Shown piece by piece: positions 18,421-27,410 of a stretch of DNA of 64,000 nucleotides. Below the pieces are notes generated by a model. It was not told the origin of the DNA. It was given only the letters and a program-made list of their open reading frames with translations, and did not search any database. The position numbers and the translations under genes are program-made. The stretch is taken from NCBI GenBank assembly GCA_965226495.1, contig OZ245365.1:5536001-5600000 (forward strand), given 5' to 3'. Each line of letters opens with the position of its first letter. Within the stretch, counting starts at the first letter, position 1. Source of the stretch: Candidatus Marinacidobacterales bacterium (GTDB taxonomy: Bacteria > Acidobacteriota > Vicinamibacteria > Marinacidobacterales > DATDRI01).

Positions 18421-20492
18421 GCTAGTAACACCACTCCGGCGCAGGACGACGGCTTCCCCTTCAACCGCGACTTTTACAACGACTTCACGGCGCAGGTCGG
18501 TGGACCGATCATAAAGGACAGGCTCTGGTTTTTCGGCTCCTACCAGCACCAAGAGGACTCCAGTACCCAGCCCGGCGTCAATCCGGACTTCCCGACCCTG
18601 ACCGAGAGCGACCGGATGTTCGTCAAGGTCAATTATCAAATTAATGACAACCACCGGCTGCTCTTCGCTCTCCATAACGACTGGTACTTTCTGCCAGGCG
18701 AACAAAATGCCAACACCGCTCCCACCACTGTGGGTGTAGAGTCCGGAAACAACCCGTCACCCAATCTGACGTACACCGGAATATTCTCGGCAAACACTCT
18801 CGTCGAGGCCCGCTTCTCGGGTTTCTACGGCACCGACCACGGAGACCCCATAGTGGAGGGAGAGCCCCGAGTAAAACCTCGCTTCTACAATCTCGATACG
18901 GGTCAGATTACGGGAGGGGTCTACTACTGGTACGACAGCAACGTTTTCAAGACCGGCGTTTCCGGCAAAGTCTCTCACTACGCCGATCAGTTTCTCGGAG
19001 GAAGCCACGACTTCAAGTTCGGCGCTCAGTACAGCCGGGGCGGTGTGGACAACGGCGCCTACGGTGCCAACGACTTCATCTACACGTACGAGTACTACGG
19101 CGAGCCCTATGCCTATGGATACTCCTACGATGCCTTTGGCTACGGCGGCATCGCAGAAACCATTGGTGTCTTTGTCGATGACAGCTGGGCGGTCAACGAC
19201 CGACTCACGCTCAACCTAGGTCTTAGGTACGATCACAAAGTCGCCTCGGTCCCCGAGCTTTCCGTCCCTGACGCGGCCGGGAACCTTACGGGTGCAACCT
19301 TCCCCGCGAGGGATCTCTACACGTGGGACACTATCTCACCCAGGCTGGGCTTCAACTTGAGACTGACCACGGATGGAAAAACAGCCCTGAAGGGACATTG
19401 GGGTCGCTACTACCGGGGCATCGTGACCGGCGAGTTTGTCTACGAGCTCGGGTTGACACCCGCCTCGACTTTTGCCGGGTCCTATGATCTAGCCACACAG
19501 CAGTTCACAAGCCTAGAAGAGTTCGAGTCCAGTTTGAACAAGGGCGTGGATCCGGACTACTCCAACCCATACACCGATCAGTTCATTATTGGTTTCGAGA
19601 GAGAGCTCACCACCAATTGGGGGTTCTCCGCCAACTATGTTCACAAGCGGGGGAGGAACAACGCCGCCTGGAGCGCCACCGGTGAGTACGAGGAGATCAC
19701 CTATATCGACGACCAAGGCACAGATGCCACCGGCAATCCCATCACGGTCTTGGCTCTGGTGAGTGATCCAGGCGACCGCTTCTTTACCATCGGCAATGAC
19801 GACCGGATGTCGACCGACGTGAACGCCGTCACCATCACGCTCAGGAAACGGATGTCCGACCGCTGGCAAATGACCAACTCCCTGGTCTTCATGAAGACTA
19901 GCGGACGACTGCCTTCTAGTATCGACTCCTTCGGTCGTCAGAACGCTTCTCTCGTTTTCAGCGACTTCGGACAAAATCCCAACGACTTCATCAATACGGA
20001 CGGACGACTCGTCAACGACCGACCGGTGGAGTTCAAGACCTCGCTCGTCTACGAGTTCCCCTTCAACCTCATGCTCGCGGCCGGTTGGAGGCTTCAGAGC
20101 GGGAAGCCATGGGCGAGGACGGTTCGGCCCGAGGGAACCGGGCTCGTCACCGAGATCTTGGCAGAGCAGATTGACGGTAGTCGCCGCGTTTCCACGTGGA
20201 ACCTCCTCGATCTGAGAGCGCAATATGCCATCGAGCTTGGCGGCGGAACGAATGTCGCGTTTTTCGGCGACGTTTTCAATCTGTTCAACGAAGACGCCAA
20301 CGAGGAGGTCTTGAGCACGCTCGGCACGTCGGAAAGCTTTGACTTTCCTAGCTTCTTCGTGCTTCCACGCCGTTTGATGCTTGGCGCGAAGTTCCGCTTT
20401 TAGAAGAAACACGACCGCACGTCGAGCTTTGCTCCTACAAGGCCCCGGGGCTTTTTTTCGCCCGATGGAGTGGACGGGAATCTAAGCCCATA

Positions 20493-22088
20493 ATGTCCGT
20501 TGCCATGGGTTTTACACCGAGCACCGCCTGTCTCCTTTTGCTTTTGCACGCGCCCGGTGCTTTTCCGCAAACCGTGAAGAAGTCCTTGGCTCAATTGGAA
20601 CGACAAGGATTCGAAGCGCTCGGTCAAGGAAGATACGATAGCGCCCTTGACGCATTCGAGTTGCTTCTTGTCGTGAACCCCGACCGCGCCTCTGCCCATT
20701 ACGGCAAAGGGCTCGCACTCACGGGCATGCTGAACTACTCGGCTGCCGTCGACTCCCTCGAGAATGCCGCTTCGCTCGATCCGAATCGTGCCGAGACCTG
20801 GCGACGACTCGTGACGCTCTATTCCCAGCTTCAGCGCGACGAGAAGGCGAAGCGCGCTTTTGAGAACGCTCGAAGACTCGCGCCGGTGCCGGATGAGGAA
20901 AGGCTAGGCCTGGCGCGCGCCTTGAGAAAGACGGGATGGCTTAAGGAAGCCCATGCTTTGCTCCGCGAGGCAGAGCCTCTCGGTGCGGAAGAATATTTCG
21001 AGCTTGGCCTCCTCGCACTGGAGGAAGACGACTCAGGCCGGGCGGAAGCGCACTTCGAGAAAGCGACCGCGGACCCGATACGCTCCGCAGCGGAGGCGGA
21101 ATACCAGTACGGACGGACGCTCGAGACTCTGGGTAAGCCTGAGCCGGCGATCCAGCACTACCGTCGGGCGCTATCCAAGGATCAGCGCCTTTTGAGCGCT
21201 CGCTTCCGATTGGGGACTCTCTTGCTGCGTACGGGCGATGCCGAGCAAGGTCGGGCTTTGCTGCGCGGGTACGAAGAGTTGCGTCAATGGGATCGGAGGG
21301 TAAATCTCTTGCTCTCCATGGTGACATCCGGAACACTCTCCGACACTGCAGAGCGAGAAAAGAAGCTCGAGCTCGTGAATCTATTTCTTCAAGCCGGTGC
21401 CTTCGAAGACGCAGGCGCACTCATCCACTCGGCACTGGCCAAGGACTCGAACGACCCCGCATTTCTCGTTGCCCAAGCGGAGTGGCTCCTTTCGTCGGGA
21501 CAGCCGGATAAGTCACGGGTGGTTCTGGACACCTTGGTCTCAGTATCCAGCCCTCTTCCAGATGCGCTCTGGCTTTCCGGTCGGCTCCACATTATTGAAG
21601 GTGAACCGAAGCAAGCGCTCGAATCCTTCCAACGGCTCATCGCGATCGATCCCGATCCACCCGCCGCCCTCTTGAAGGAGGTCGCCACCGCCTACGCCAT
21701 GAGCGGGCAAAGCAGTCAAGCCGAGACCTATTTTCACAGGGCTATTCAGAAAGATCCGCTGCTGGCGGGAGCCCAGGCGGGGCTCGGCGCGCTTCTAGAG
21801 TCCACAGGACGCCTCGAGGAAGCGGAGCAGCGCTATCGCCGCGCCCTCGAGATCAATCCCGATCTTCTTTCCGCACAACAGCTACTTGCCGAGCTTCTTC
21901 TGCGAAGAGGCGATGCAGAAGATGCGGTGACGCTATTGCGAAGGAGTGTAACCACGAACCCCGCGAACGCACTGCTCCGTCGCAACCTCGCTCGCGCTCT
22001 CGAGAGGGTCGGGAACATCGCAGAAGGGGAGGCGGAGCTGGAAAAGGCTCGAGAGATCGAAGCGCGGAAAAGCCCGCGCACGAAATGA
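20493..22088 (+). CDS. exported tetratricopeptide-repeat protein
   Basis: Signal-like N-terminus and many TPR units (AHYGKGLAL, ARFRLGTLL, YRRALEINPD). Confidence 0.85.
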   Translation: MSVAMGFTPSTACLLLLLHAPGAFPQTVKKSLAQLERQGFEALGQGRYDSALDAFELLLVVNPDRASAHYGKGLALTGMLNYSAAVDSLENAASLDPNRAETWRRLVTLYSQLQRDEKAKRAFENARRLAPVPDEERLGLARALRKTGWLKEAHALLREAEPLGAEEYFELGLLALEEDDSGRAEAHFEKATADPIRSAAEAEYQYGRTLETLGKPEPAIQHYRRALSKDQRLLSARFRLGTLLLRTGDAEQGRALLRGYEELRQWDRRVNLLLSMVTSGTLSDTAEREKKLELVNLFLQAGAFEDAGALIHSALAKDSNDPAFLVAQAEWLLSSGQPDKSRVVLDTLVSVSSPLPDALWLSGRLHIIEGEPKQALESFQRLIAIDPDPPAALLKEVATAYAMSGQSSQAETYFHRAIQKDPLLAGAQAGLGALLESTGRLEEAEQRYRRALEINPDLLSAQQLLAELLLRRGDAEDAVTLLRRSVTTNPANALLRRNLARALERVGNIAEGEAELEKAREIEARKSPRTK

Positions 22089-22217
22089 AGACCGCTGTCC
22101 TAGGACTGCGTTATTCTGACCGCTTGAGAAAGGGGGTCAAAGCCTCTGAGTTACGGAGACTTAGGAGGGAGTTAGCATGCTACACGCGGATTTTCCAAGA
22201 ATCGCAGCGAACTCCGA

Positions 22218-23555
22218 GTGACGAGCTACCACGCCCCGCTCGCTTGGCTTGGCGGCCCATCGCTGGCGAGCAACGTCCTTTTCAGTGTCGAACATGGGCA
22301 AGTCACCAACATCCGAGCGGCTGCGGACCCGACCGAGGCATCCCGACTCGGCGGCATCGTCCTCCCCGGCTTGGTAAGCGCGCATTCGCATGCTTTCCAC
22401 CGCGCACTTCGTGGGAAGACGCATGGTGAAGGTGGCGATTTCTGGGCCTGGCGAAACAAGATGTACGCAATGGCCAATCGGCTCAACCCGACCACTTACC
22501 GCCGCCTTGCGACCGAGGTGTTCGGCGAGATGCTGCGAGCCGGGATCACAGCAGTCGGCGAATTTCACTACCTCCACCATCAGCCCGACGGCGCTCCGTA
22601 TGCTGTAAGGCATGCAATGGAACACGCTATCGTGGGAGCCGCCCGCGACAGCGGTATCCGCCTCACGTTGATCGACACGCGCTACCTGTCCTCCGACATC
22701 GACGGATCGCCCCCGTTGCCCGAGCAACGGCGCTTCTCCGATGGGACCGTGAACGACTGGGCTACGCGAGTACGAGAACTCGCCGAATCACTCGACACGC
22801 CGACAGTTCGACTCGGTGTGGCCGCCCACAGCGTGCGAGCCGTGCCGGCACCAGATCTTCCGAACGTCGCGGCCCTCGCCGACGAGCTCGACGCGCCGGT
22901 CCATGTCCACATATCGGAGCAGCGCGCCGAGAACGCCGCGTGTCGCGCCGCGCATGGCACCAGTCCCACAGCGCTCCTTCGCGACACCGGAGTGCTGAAC
23001 CAGCGTGCGACGGCCGTGCACGCAACTCACTTGGAGGAAAGCAACATCGCAATCTATGGGTCTTCCGGAGCAGGCGTCTGCTTGTGCCCGACGACCGAAC
23101 GCGAGCTCGGCGACGGGATCGGCCCGGCCATCGAATTGCGTGACGCAGGCGTACGACTCAGTCTCGGGAGCGACAGCAACGCGGTCGTCGATCTGTTCGA
23201 AGAGGCACGCGCCTTGGAGTTAAACGACCGGCTCCGTCTCGAACGACGCGGGATTCATGCACCCGAGCATCTGATGACGGCCGCAACAAGCGGCGGGATG
23301 CGCGCGTTGGGATGGGGCGACTGGCGGCCGCTCTCGGTCGGCGCTCCTGCCGACTTCATCGTGCTCGACCCGAACGCTGCGGAACTTGCCGGGTTCGAAA
23401 CGGCCGACGGTGTCGGCGGGCTGCTGTTCGCGGCAACGCCGAGGGCCGTCTCGGACGTGGTGGTGGCCGGAGAACAGGTCATACGCAATGGTGAAAACGT
23501 GGGAGGACAATCTCCAACCGGTCTGGCTGCGGCAATCTTGGCGGTGTCGTCATGA
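22218..23555 (+). CDS. hutF: formimidoylglutamate deiminase
   Basis: PGLVSAHSHAFHRALRG, DFWAWR, VGEFHYLHH, HSVRAV, HISEQRAE, CPTTERELGDG, GSDS. Confidence 0.92.
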   Translation: MTSYHAPLAWLGGPSLASNVLFSVEHGQVTNIRAAADPTEASRLGGIVLPGLVSAHSHAFHRALRGKTHGEGGDFWAWRNKMYAMANRLNPTTYRRLATEVFGEMLRAGITAVGEFHYLHHQPDGAPYAVRHAMEHAIVGAARDSGIRLTLIDTRYLSSDIDGSPPLPEQRRFSDGTVNDWATRVRELAESLDTPTVRLGVAAHSVRAVPAPDLPNVAALADELDAPVHVHISEQRAENAACRAAHGTSPTALLRDTGVLNQRATAVHATHLEESNIAIYGSSGAGVCLCPTTERELGDGIGPAIELRDAGVRLSLGSDSNAVVDLFEEARALELNDRLRLERRGIHAPEHLMTAATSGGMRALGWGDWRPLSVGAPADFIVLDPNAAELAGFETADGVGGLLFAATPRAVSDVVVAGEQVIRNGENVGGQSPTGLAAAILAVSS

Positions 23556-24784
23556 CAATCTCCGTTGACACCGTGATCGTCGACGGGATCGTTGCAACCT
23601 TGCAATCCGGATCGGCTGGATCGGAGCCATACGGGCTGCTCAGCGACGCCGTCATAGGGATCACCGATGGCCGCATCAGCTATCTCGGTCCGGAGGTCGG
23701 TGCCGAAACCAAGCAGCGTTGGTCCGTCGGCGGCCGGTTGATCACACCCGCCCTCATCGACTGTCACACCCACCTCGTCTTCGGAGGCGAACGCATCACC
23801 GAGTTCGAGCGACGACTCGGTGGCACCACTTACGAAGAGATTGCGAGTGCCGGCGGCGGCATCCTTTCGACAGTCACAGCCACCAGAGCCGCGTCGAACG
23901 ACGAACTTTTTGATTCCGGCGCTCGCCGCCTCCGCTGGCTACTACAGAGCGGTGTCGGCACGGTGGAGATCAAGTCGGGCTACGGGCTGAATGCCCACCA
24001 TGAGCTACGCATGCTGCGGGTGGCCCGACGTCTCGGCGACGCGTTGCCGGTGCGGATCGTGACGTCGCTCCTCGCGGCTCACGCCATCCCTCCCGAACAT
24101 CGAGCAGACCCGGACCGTTACATCTCCGAGATCTGCGAAGACATGATCCCGGCGGCGGCGGAAGAGGGATTGGCCGATTCTGTGGATGCGTATGGCGAAC
24201 GGATTGCATTTACACCGGCACAGGTCCGCCGGGTCTTCGACGCGGCGCGCGACGCCAATCTAGCAGTGCGATTGCACGCCGACCAGTTGAGCGATTCGGG
24301 CGGTGCCGCTTTGGCGGCCGAGTATGGCGCGTTGTCCGCGGATCACCTCGAACACACCTCCGATGCAGGCGTTGACGCGTTGGCGACTGCGGGCACGGTC
24401 GCGGTACTGATCCCAGGAGCGTCCGCCTTCCTGAACGAGGAAGCACGCCCACCGATCGCAAAGATGCGTCGCGCCGGCGTGCGGATCGCGGTCTCAACCG
24501 ATCTCAACCCCGGGACCGCTCCATTCGGTTCCCTCCAAGAAGCGATGGCATTGGCCAGCGCTCGCTTCCGGCTGACACCTGAGGAAACGCTGGCCGGGAC
24601 CACTCGACATGCGGCGGCCGCTCTCGGTTTGGGCGACACCGGGGTTATCCAGCCCGGCATGCGTGCCGACCTCACGGTTTGGGACGTGAAGTCGCCGGCG
24701 GCTTTGTCGTACTGGTCCGGGGCACCACTCTGCGCGGAGGTATGGATCAACGGAATCATCCACTATGAAAGAGACGAACCATGA
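23552..24784 (+). CDS. hutI: imidazolonepropionase
   Basis: PALIDCHTHLVFGG, GGGILSTV, EIKSGYGL, HADQL, SADHLE, STDLNPGT. Confidence 0.95.
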   Translation: MTISVDTVIVDGIVATLQSGSAGSEPYGLLSDAVIGITDGRISYLGPEVGAETKQRWSVGGRLITPALIDCHTHLVFGGERITEFERRLGGTTYEEIASAGGGILSTVTATRAASNDELFDSGARRLRWLLQSGVGTVEIKSGYGLNAHHELRMLRVARRLGDALPVRIVTSLLAAHAIPPEHRADPDRYISEICEDMIPAAAEEGLADSVDAYGERIAFTPAQVRRVFDAARDANLAVRLHADQLSDSGGAALAAEYGALSADHLEHTSDAGVDALATAGTVAVLIPGASAFLNEEARPPIAKMRRAGVRIAVSTDLNPGTAPFGSLQEAMALASARFRLTPEETLAGTTRHAAAALGLGDTGVIQPGMRADLTVWDVKSPAALSYWSGAPLCAEVWINGIIHYERDEP

Positions 24785-25362
24785 TCCGCCCCATTCCACA
24801 GATCGGCGACCCCATCCTGCGAACCGCCGCCACCGCCGTTACCCTCGAAGAGCTCCGTGGCGAGGAGACGCAGCAACTCATCGACGACATGATCGAAACG
24901 ATGCGCCATGCCGAAGGTGCCGGAATCGCCGCCCAGCAAGTCGGCGTCCCGGTAAGAATCTGCATCCTCAGTGTGGAGCGGAACGAGCGGTATCCCTACA
25001 AGCCACCGCTTCCCCTCACCGTGCTCGTCAACCCGGTGCTCGAGGTTCTCGAGGACGTCACCTTTCTCAACAACGAAGGCTGCTTGAGCGTGCCGCTACG
25101 TGGCGATCTCCATCGTTTCATGACCGTACGCGTCCGCTCCTTGGATCGGCATGGGGAGAAGTTCGAACAGACCTATCGCGGTTTGAGTGCCGGCAGCGTG
25201 CAACACGAGCTCGATCATCTCGACGGGCACCTCATCGTCGACCGGATCCACGACCCCACTACGTTCTCGACTTGGGACAACTTCAAGATGTACGGGTATG
25301 ACGACTACATCCGGCGGATCCAGCCCGTGATCGAAAAGACCGAACCGCGATCGGAGAAGTGA
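24781..25362 (+). CDS. def: peptide deformylase family protein
   Basis: All three PDF motifs: GAGIAAQQVG, EGCLS, QHELDHLDG. ATGA overlap with hutI. Confidence 0.9.
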   Translation: MIRPIPQIGDPILRTAATAVTLEELRGEETQQLIDDMIETMRHAEGAGIAAQQVGVPVRICILSVERNERYPYKPPLPLTVLVNPVLEVLEDVTFLNNEGCLSVPLRGDLHRFMTVRVRSLDRHGEKFEQTYRGLSAGSVQHELDHLDGHLIVDRIHDPTTFSTWDNFKMYGYDDYIRRIQPVIEKTEPRSEK

Positions 25363-25397
25363 TAACCGGCATCGCCTCGCCGGCACTTTACCTAGAC

Positions 25398-25700
25398 CTA
25401 CTTGCGGGCGGTCTCGGTATCCTTCTCAGCTTTTTCAGGTGCAGGATTTTCGGGCTCCGGAGGTGGACTCCAGAAGTTCGGGCTGCCTCCGGCCTTTGCG
25501 GCATGCTCACCATGGTAGAGAGCGCAGTTGAAGACGATGCGGAAGGTGCCAAACGATTGGCCTCGCCATTGCGGTCGAAAGCCAAGCAGGACGACGTGAC
25601 CCTTGCCGTGGCGAACATCCAAAGCGGCAGCGAAACCGTTGATGTGCTCCTCACCTAGCAAGTAGCCCGACAGAAGGGGAGAGCCCGCCTCGCCAGGCCA
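25398..25700 (-). pseudogene. C-terminal remnant of a large M14-type zinc carboxypeptidase-like protein
   Basis: [16 protein letters not shown]...[27 protein letters not shown] resembles the C-terminal domain of such proteins. No start or N-terminus. Confidence 0.6.
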
Positions 25701-25956
25701 CCATCGCAATGAGTGTGGGTATCGATGAATCCGGGAGCGACGACCAAACTCTCAGCATCAATGATCTGGGCGGCCGTTTTCCCGGCCAGCTCCCCTATCT
25801 CGACGATGGTGTCTCCCATGATGCCGACGTCGCCTCGAAACCCGGAATCTCCGGAACCATCAACGTTCCGTTCGTTCTGATGAGGATGTCAAAATCTTCA
25901 CCAGCGCTGACACAACCGAACGAGATCAAAATGAGAATTAAGCTGCGTTCGGGCAT
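25700..25956 (-). pseudogene. N-terminal remnant of an N-acyl-D-amino-acid deacylase (amidohydrolase)
   Basis: Manual translation: MPERSLILILISFGC...DFDILIR / VDGSGDSGFRGDVGIMGDTIVEIGEL...[21 protein letters not shown], then an abrupt end. Confidence 0.75.
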
Positions 25957-26067
25957 GGTTCCCCTCGTGGCCCGGAACTGTACCGACGGAAACGTAGCCC
26001 GGCAAGAGTAGAGCGCCCTGAACCACCGTGGGGAGATTCCTTTCCGAGTGTGTTACGCTCGCGCGAA

Positions 26068-26922
26068 ATGCCAGTCTACAACGGCACCGGCATGCTCAAG
26101 AAGGTCTTGCTCTGTCCGTCCACCTATTACGAGCTGGTTCCAGTCGACGACTACGCGCGAACCGCGCTCGAACGAGGCGACAAGGTCGACCACGAGAAGG
26201 CCGAGGCACAGCACAACGAACTAGTTGATATCTACCGAGATGCAGGGGTTGACGTCTTTTGGACCGAGGAGCCCGACCCCACCCGCCACTACGCAGTCAA
26301 CGCGCGGGATTTCGCCGTCAACTCTCCTGAAGGGTTCGTCATCTGTCGCTTCAAGTATTCGGAGCGCCGAGGAGAAGAGATTCCCGGCGAAAAACAATTA
26401 CGGAAATTGGGCTACAACATTTTCGGACACATCGAGCGCGGTTGTTGGGAAGGCGGTGACAATAAGTACATCGACGACAAGAATCTCGCCACCGGAACAG
26501 GGGAGCGAAGCACCTGGCCCGGTATTCACAACGCACAAGAGATATTCGCCAAACAAGGCATCAAGGTGCATGGCATTCCCTTCCCACCGAAATGGACTCA
26601 TCTTGATTGTCTTTTCGCTCCCGTCGCCCCGAAGCTGGCTTTGATCGTGAAATCCGAGGTCCCCGACTGGTTCGTGGGATTTCTCGAAGGCCGAGAATGC
26701 GAGCTGGTAGACATCCCCGTAGAAAAAGCCGAAGGAGAGGTCGCCCTCAACGTATTGTGTCTTGGCAAGGATCGAGTTATCTCTTTCAAAGACAACACGT
26801 ATATCAATGACATCTTGAAAGGCCTGGGGCTAACTGTCTACGCACCAGATCTAAGCGAGTACACCGAGCGCGGTCAGGGACCGCATTGCCTGACCTGCGA
26901 GCTCGATCGAGATCGGGAATAG
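26068..26922 (+). CDS. amidinotransferase / dimethylarginine dimethylaminohydrolase-family (pentein) enzyme
   Basis: AEAQH, NARD, ERRGEE, WEGGD, HLDC, and C-terminal GQGPHCLT with the catalytic Cys. Confidence 0.85.
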   Translation: MPVYNGTGMLKKVLLCPSTYYELVPVDDYARTALERGDKVDHEKAEAQHNELVDIYRDAGVDVFWTEEPDPTRHYAVNARDFAVNSPEGFVICRFKYSERRGEEIPGEKQLRKLGYNIFGHIERGCWEGGDNKYIDDKNLATGTGERSTWPGIHNAQEIFAKQGIKVHGIPFPPKWTHLDCLFAPVAPKLALIVKSEVPDWFVGFLEGRECELVDIPVEKAEGEVALNVLCLGKDRVISFKDNTYINDILKGLGLTVYAPDLSEYTERGQGPHCLTCELDRDRE

Positions 26923-26997
26923 GCATGCTCGTCAGCTCGGGTCGTATCAACAATATTTATTTTGAAAAAGCCCGCTAGTGAACGGGTAGGAGATGCC

Positions 26998-27350
26998 ATG
27001 AAGATCACTCTATTTCGACGCCTGGCTCTAACCGTTTTGTTACGGGGTGATGGGCGGCAGCATGCAACCAACAAGGCCACGTCCAGGTGCTCCTCAACAT
27101 GATCGAGTTCGGGATGAATGTGCAGGAGGCGGGTGAGGCACCACGGTTCCGGCACTTCACCGGTCCAAACGTCGGCTTCGAATCGGGGATCGACATCGAA
27201 GTGCTGCAGGAGCTCATCCGAAAGGGTCATCGGCCCATGACGCGCATGGGAGTCTATGGCGGATACCAAGCCATCCGGATTGATTGGGAAACCGGCGTCC
27301 TCATCGGAGGCTCCGATCCCCGCAAGGACGGGGCCGCCATGGGTTATTGA
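26998..27350 (+). pseudogene. ggt: gamma-glutamyltransferase with a large internal deletion
   Basis: AGGAG RBS and signal-peptide start MKITLFRRLALTVL joined directly to the C-terminal YGVMGGSMQP/QGHVQVLLN...GGSDPRKDGAAMGY. Confidence 0.8.
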
Positions 27351-27410
27351 GCTGAATCAGGGGAGGTGCAGTTCAACCGCAGTTTGTGTCGGGGCCGAGT
27401 CGAAGGAGAC

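Larger units (their letters stand above)
16572..20403 (+). pseudogene. Oar-like TonB-dependent receptor interrupted by IS30
   Basis: Signal peptide, GVVSDETGAILPGVTVT carboxypeptidase-regulatory-like domain, plug GAPAEYGNLSGAVFNITTRQGSN, LTLNLGLRYD, C-terminal KFRF. The halves rejoin in frame (GLT-A-SNT) when the IS is removed, giving about 916 aa. Confidence 0.9.

Noticed and set aside
20439-20459. Terminator after the TonB receptor (AAGGCCCCGGGGCTTTTTTT)
   Set aside because: It has a U-tract, but the palindrome leaves no proper loop or only a very short stem. Plausible, but not supportable.
25709-26011. Plus-strand 100-aa ORF from the track
   Set aside because: It is the antisense shadow of the minus-strand D-aminoacylase remnant.
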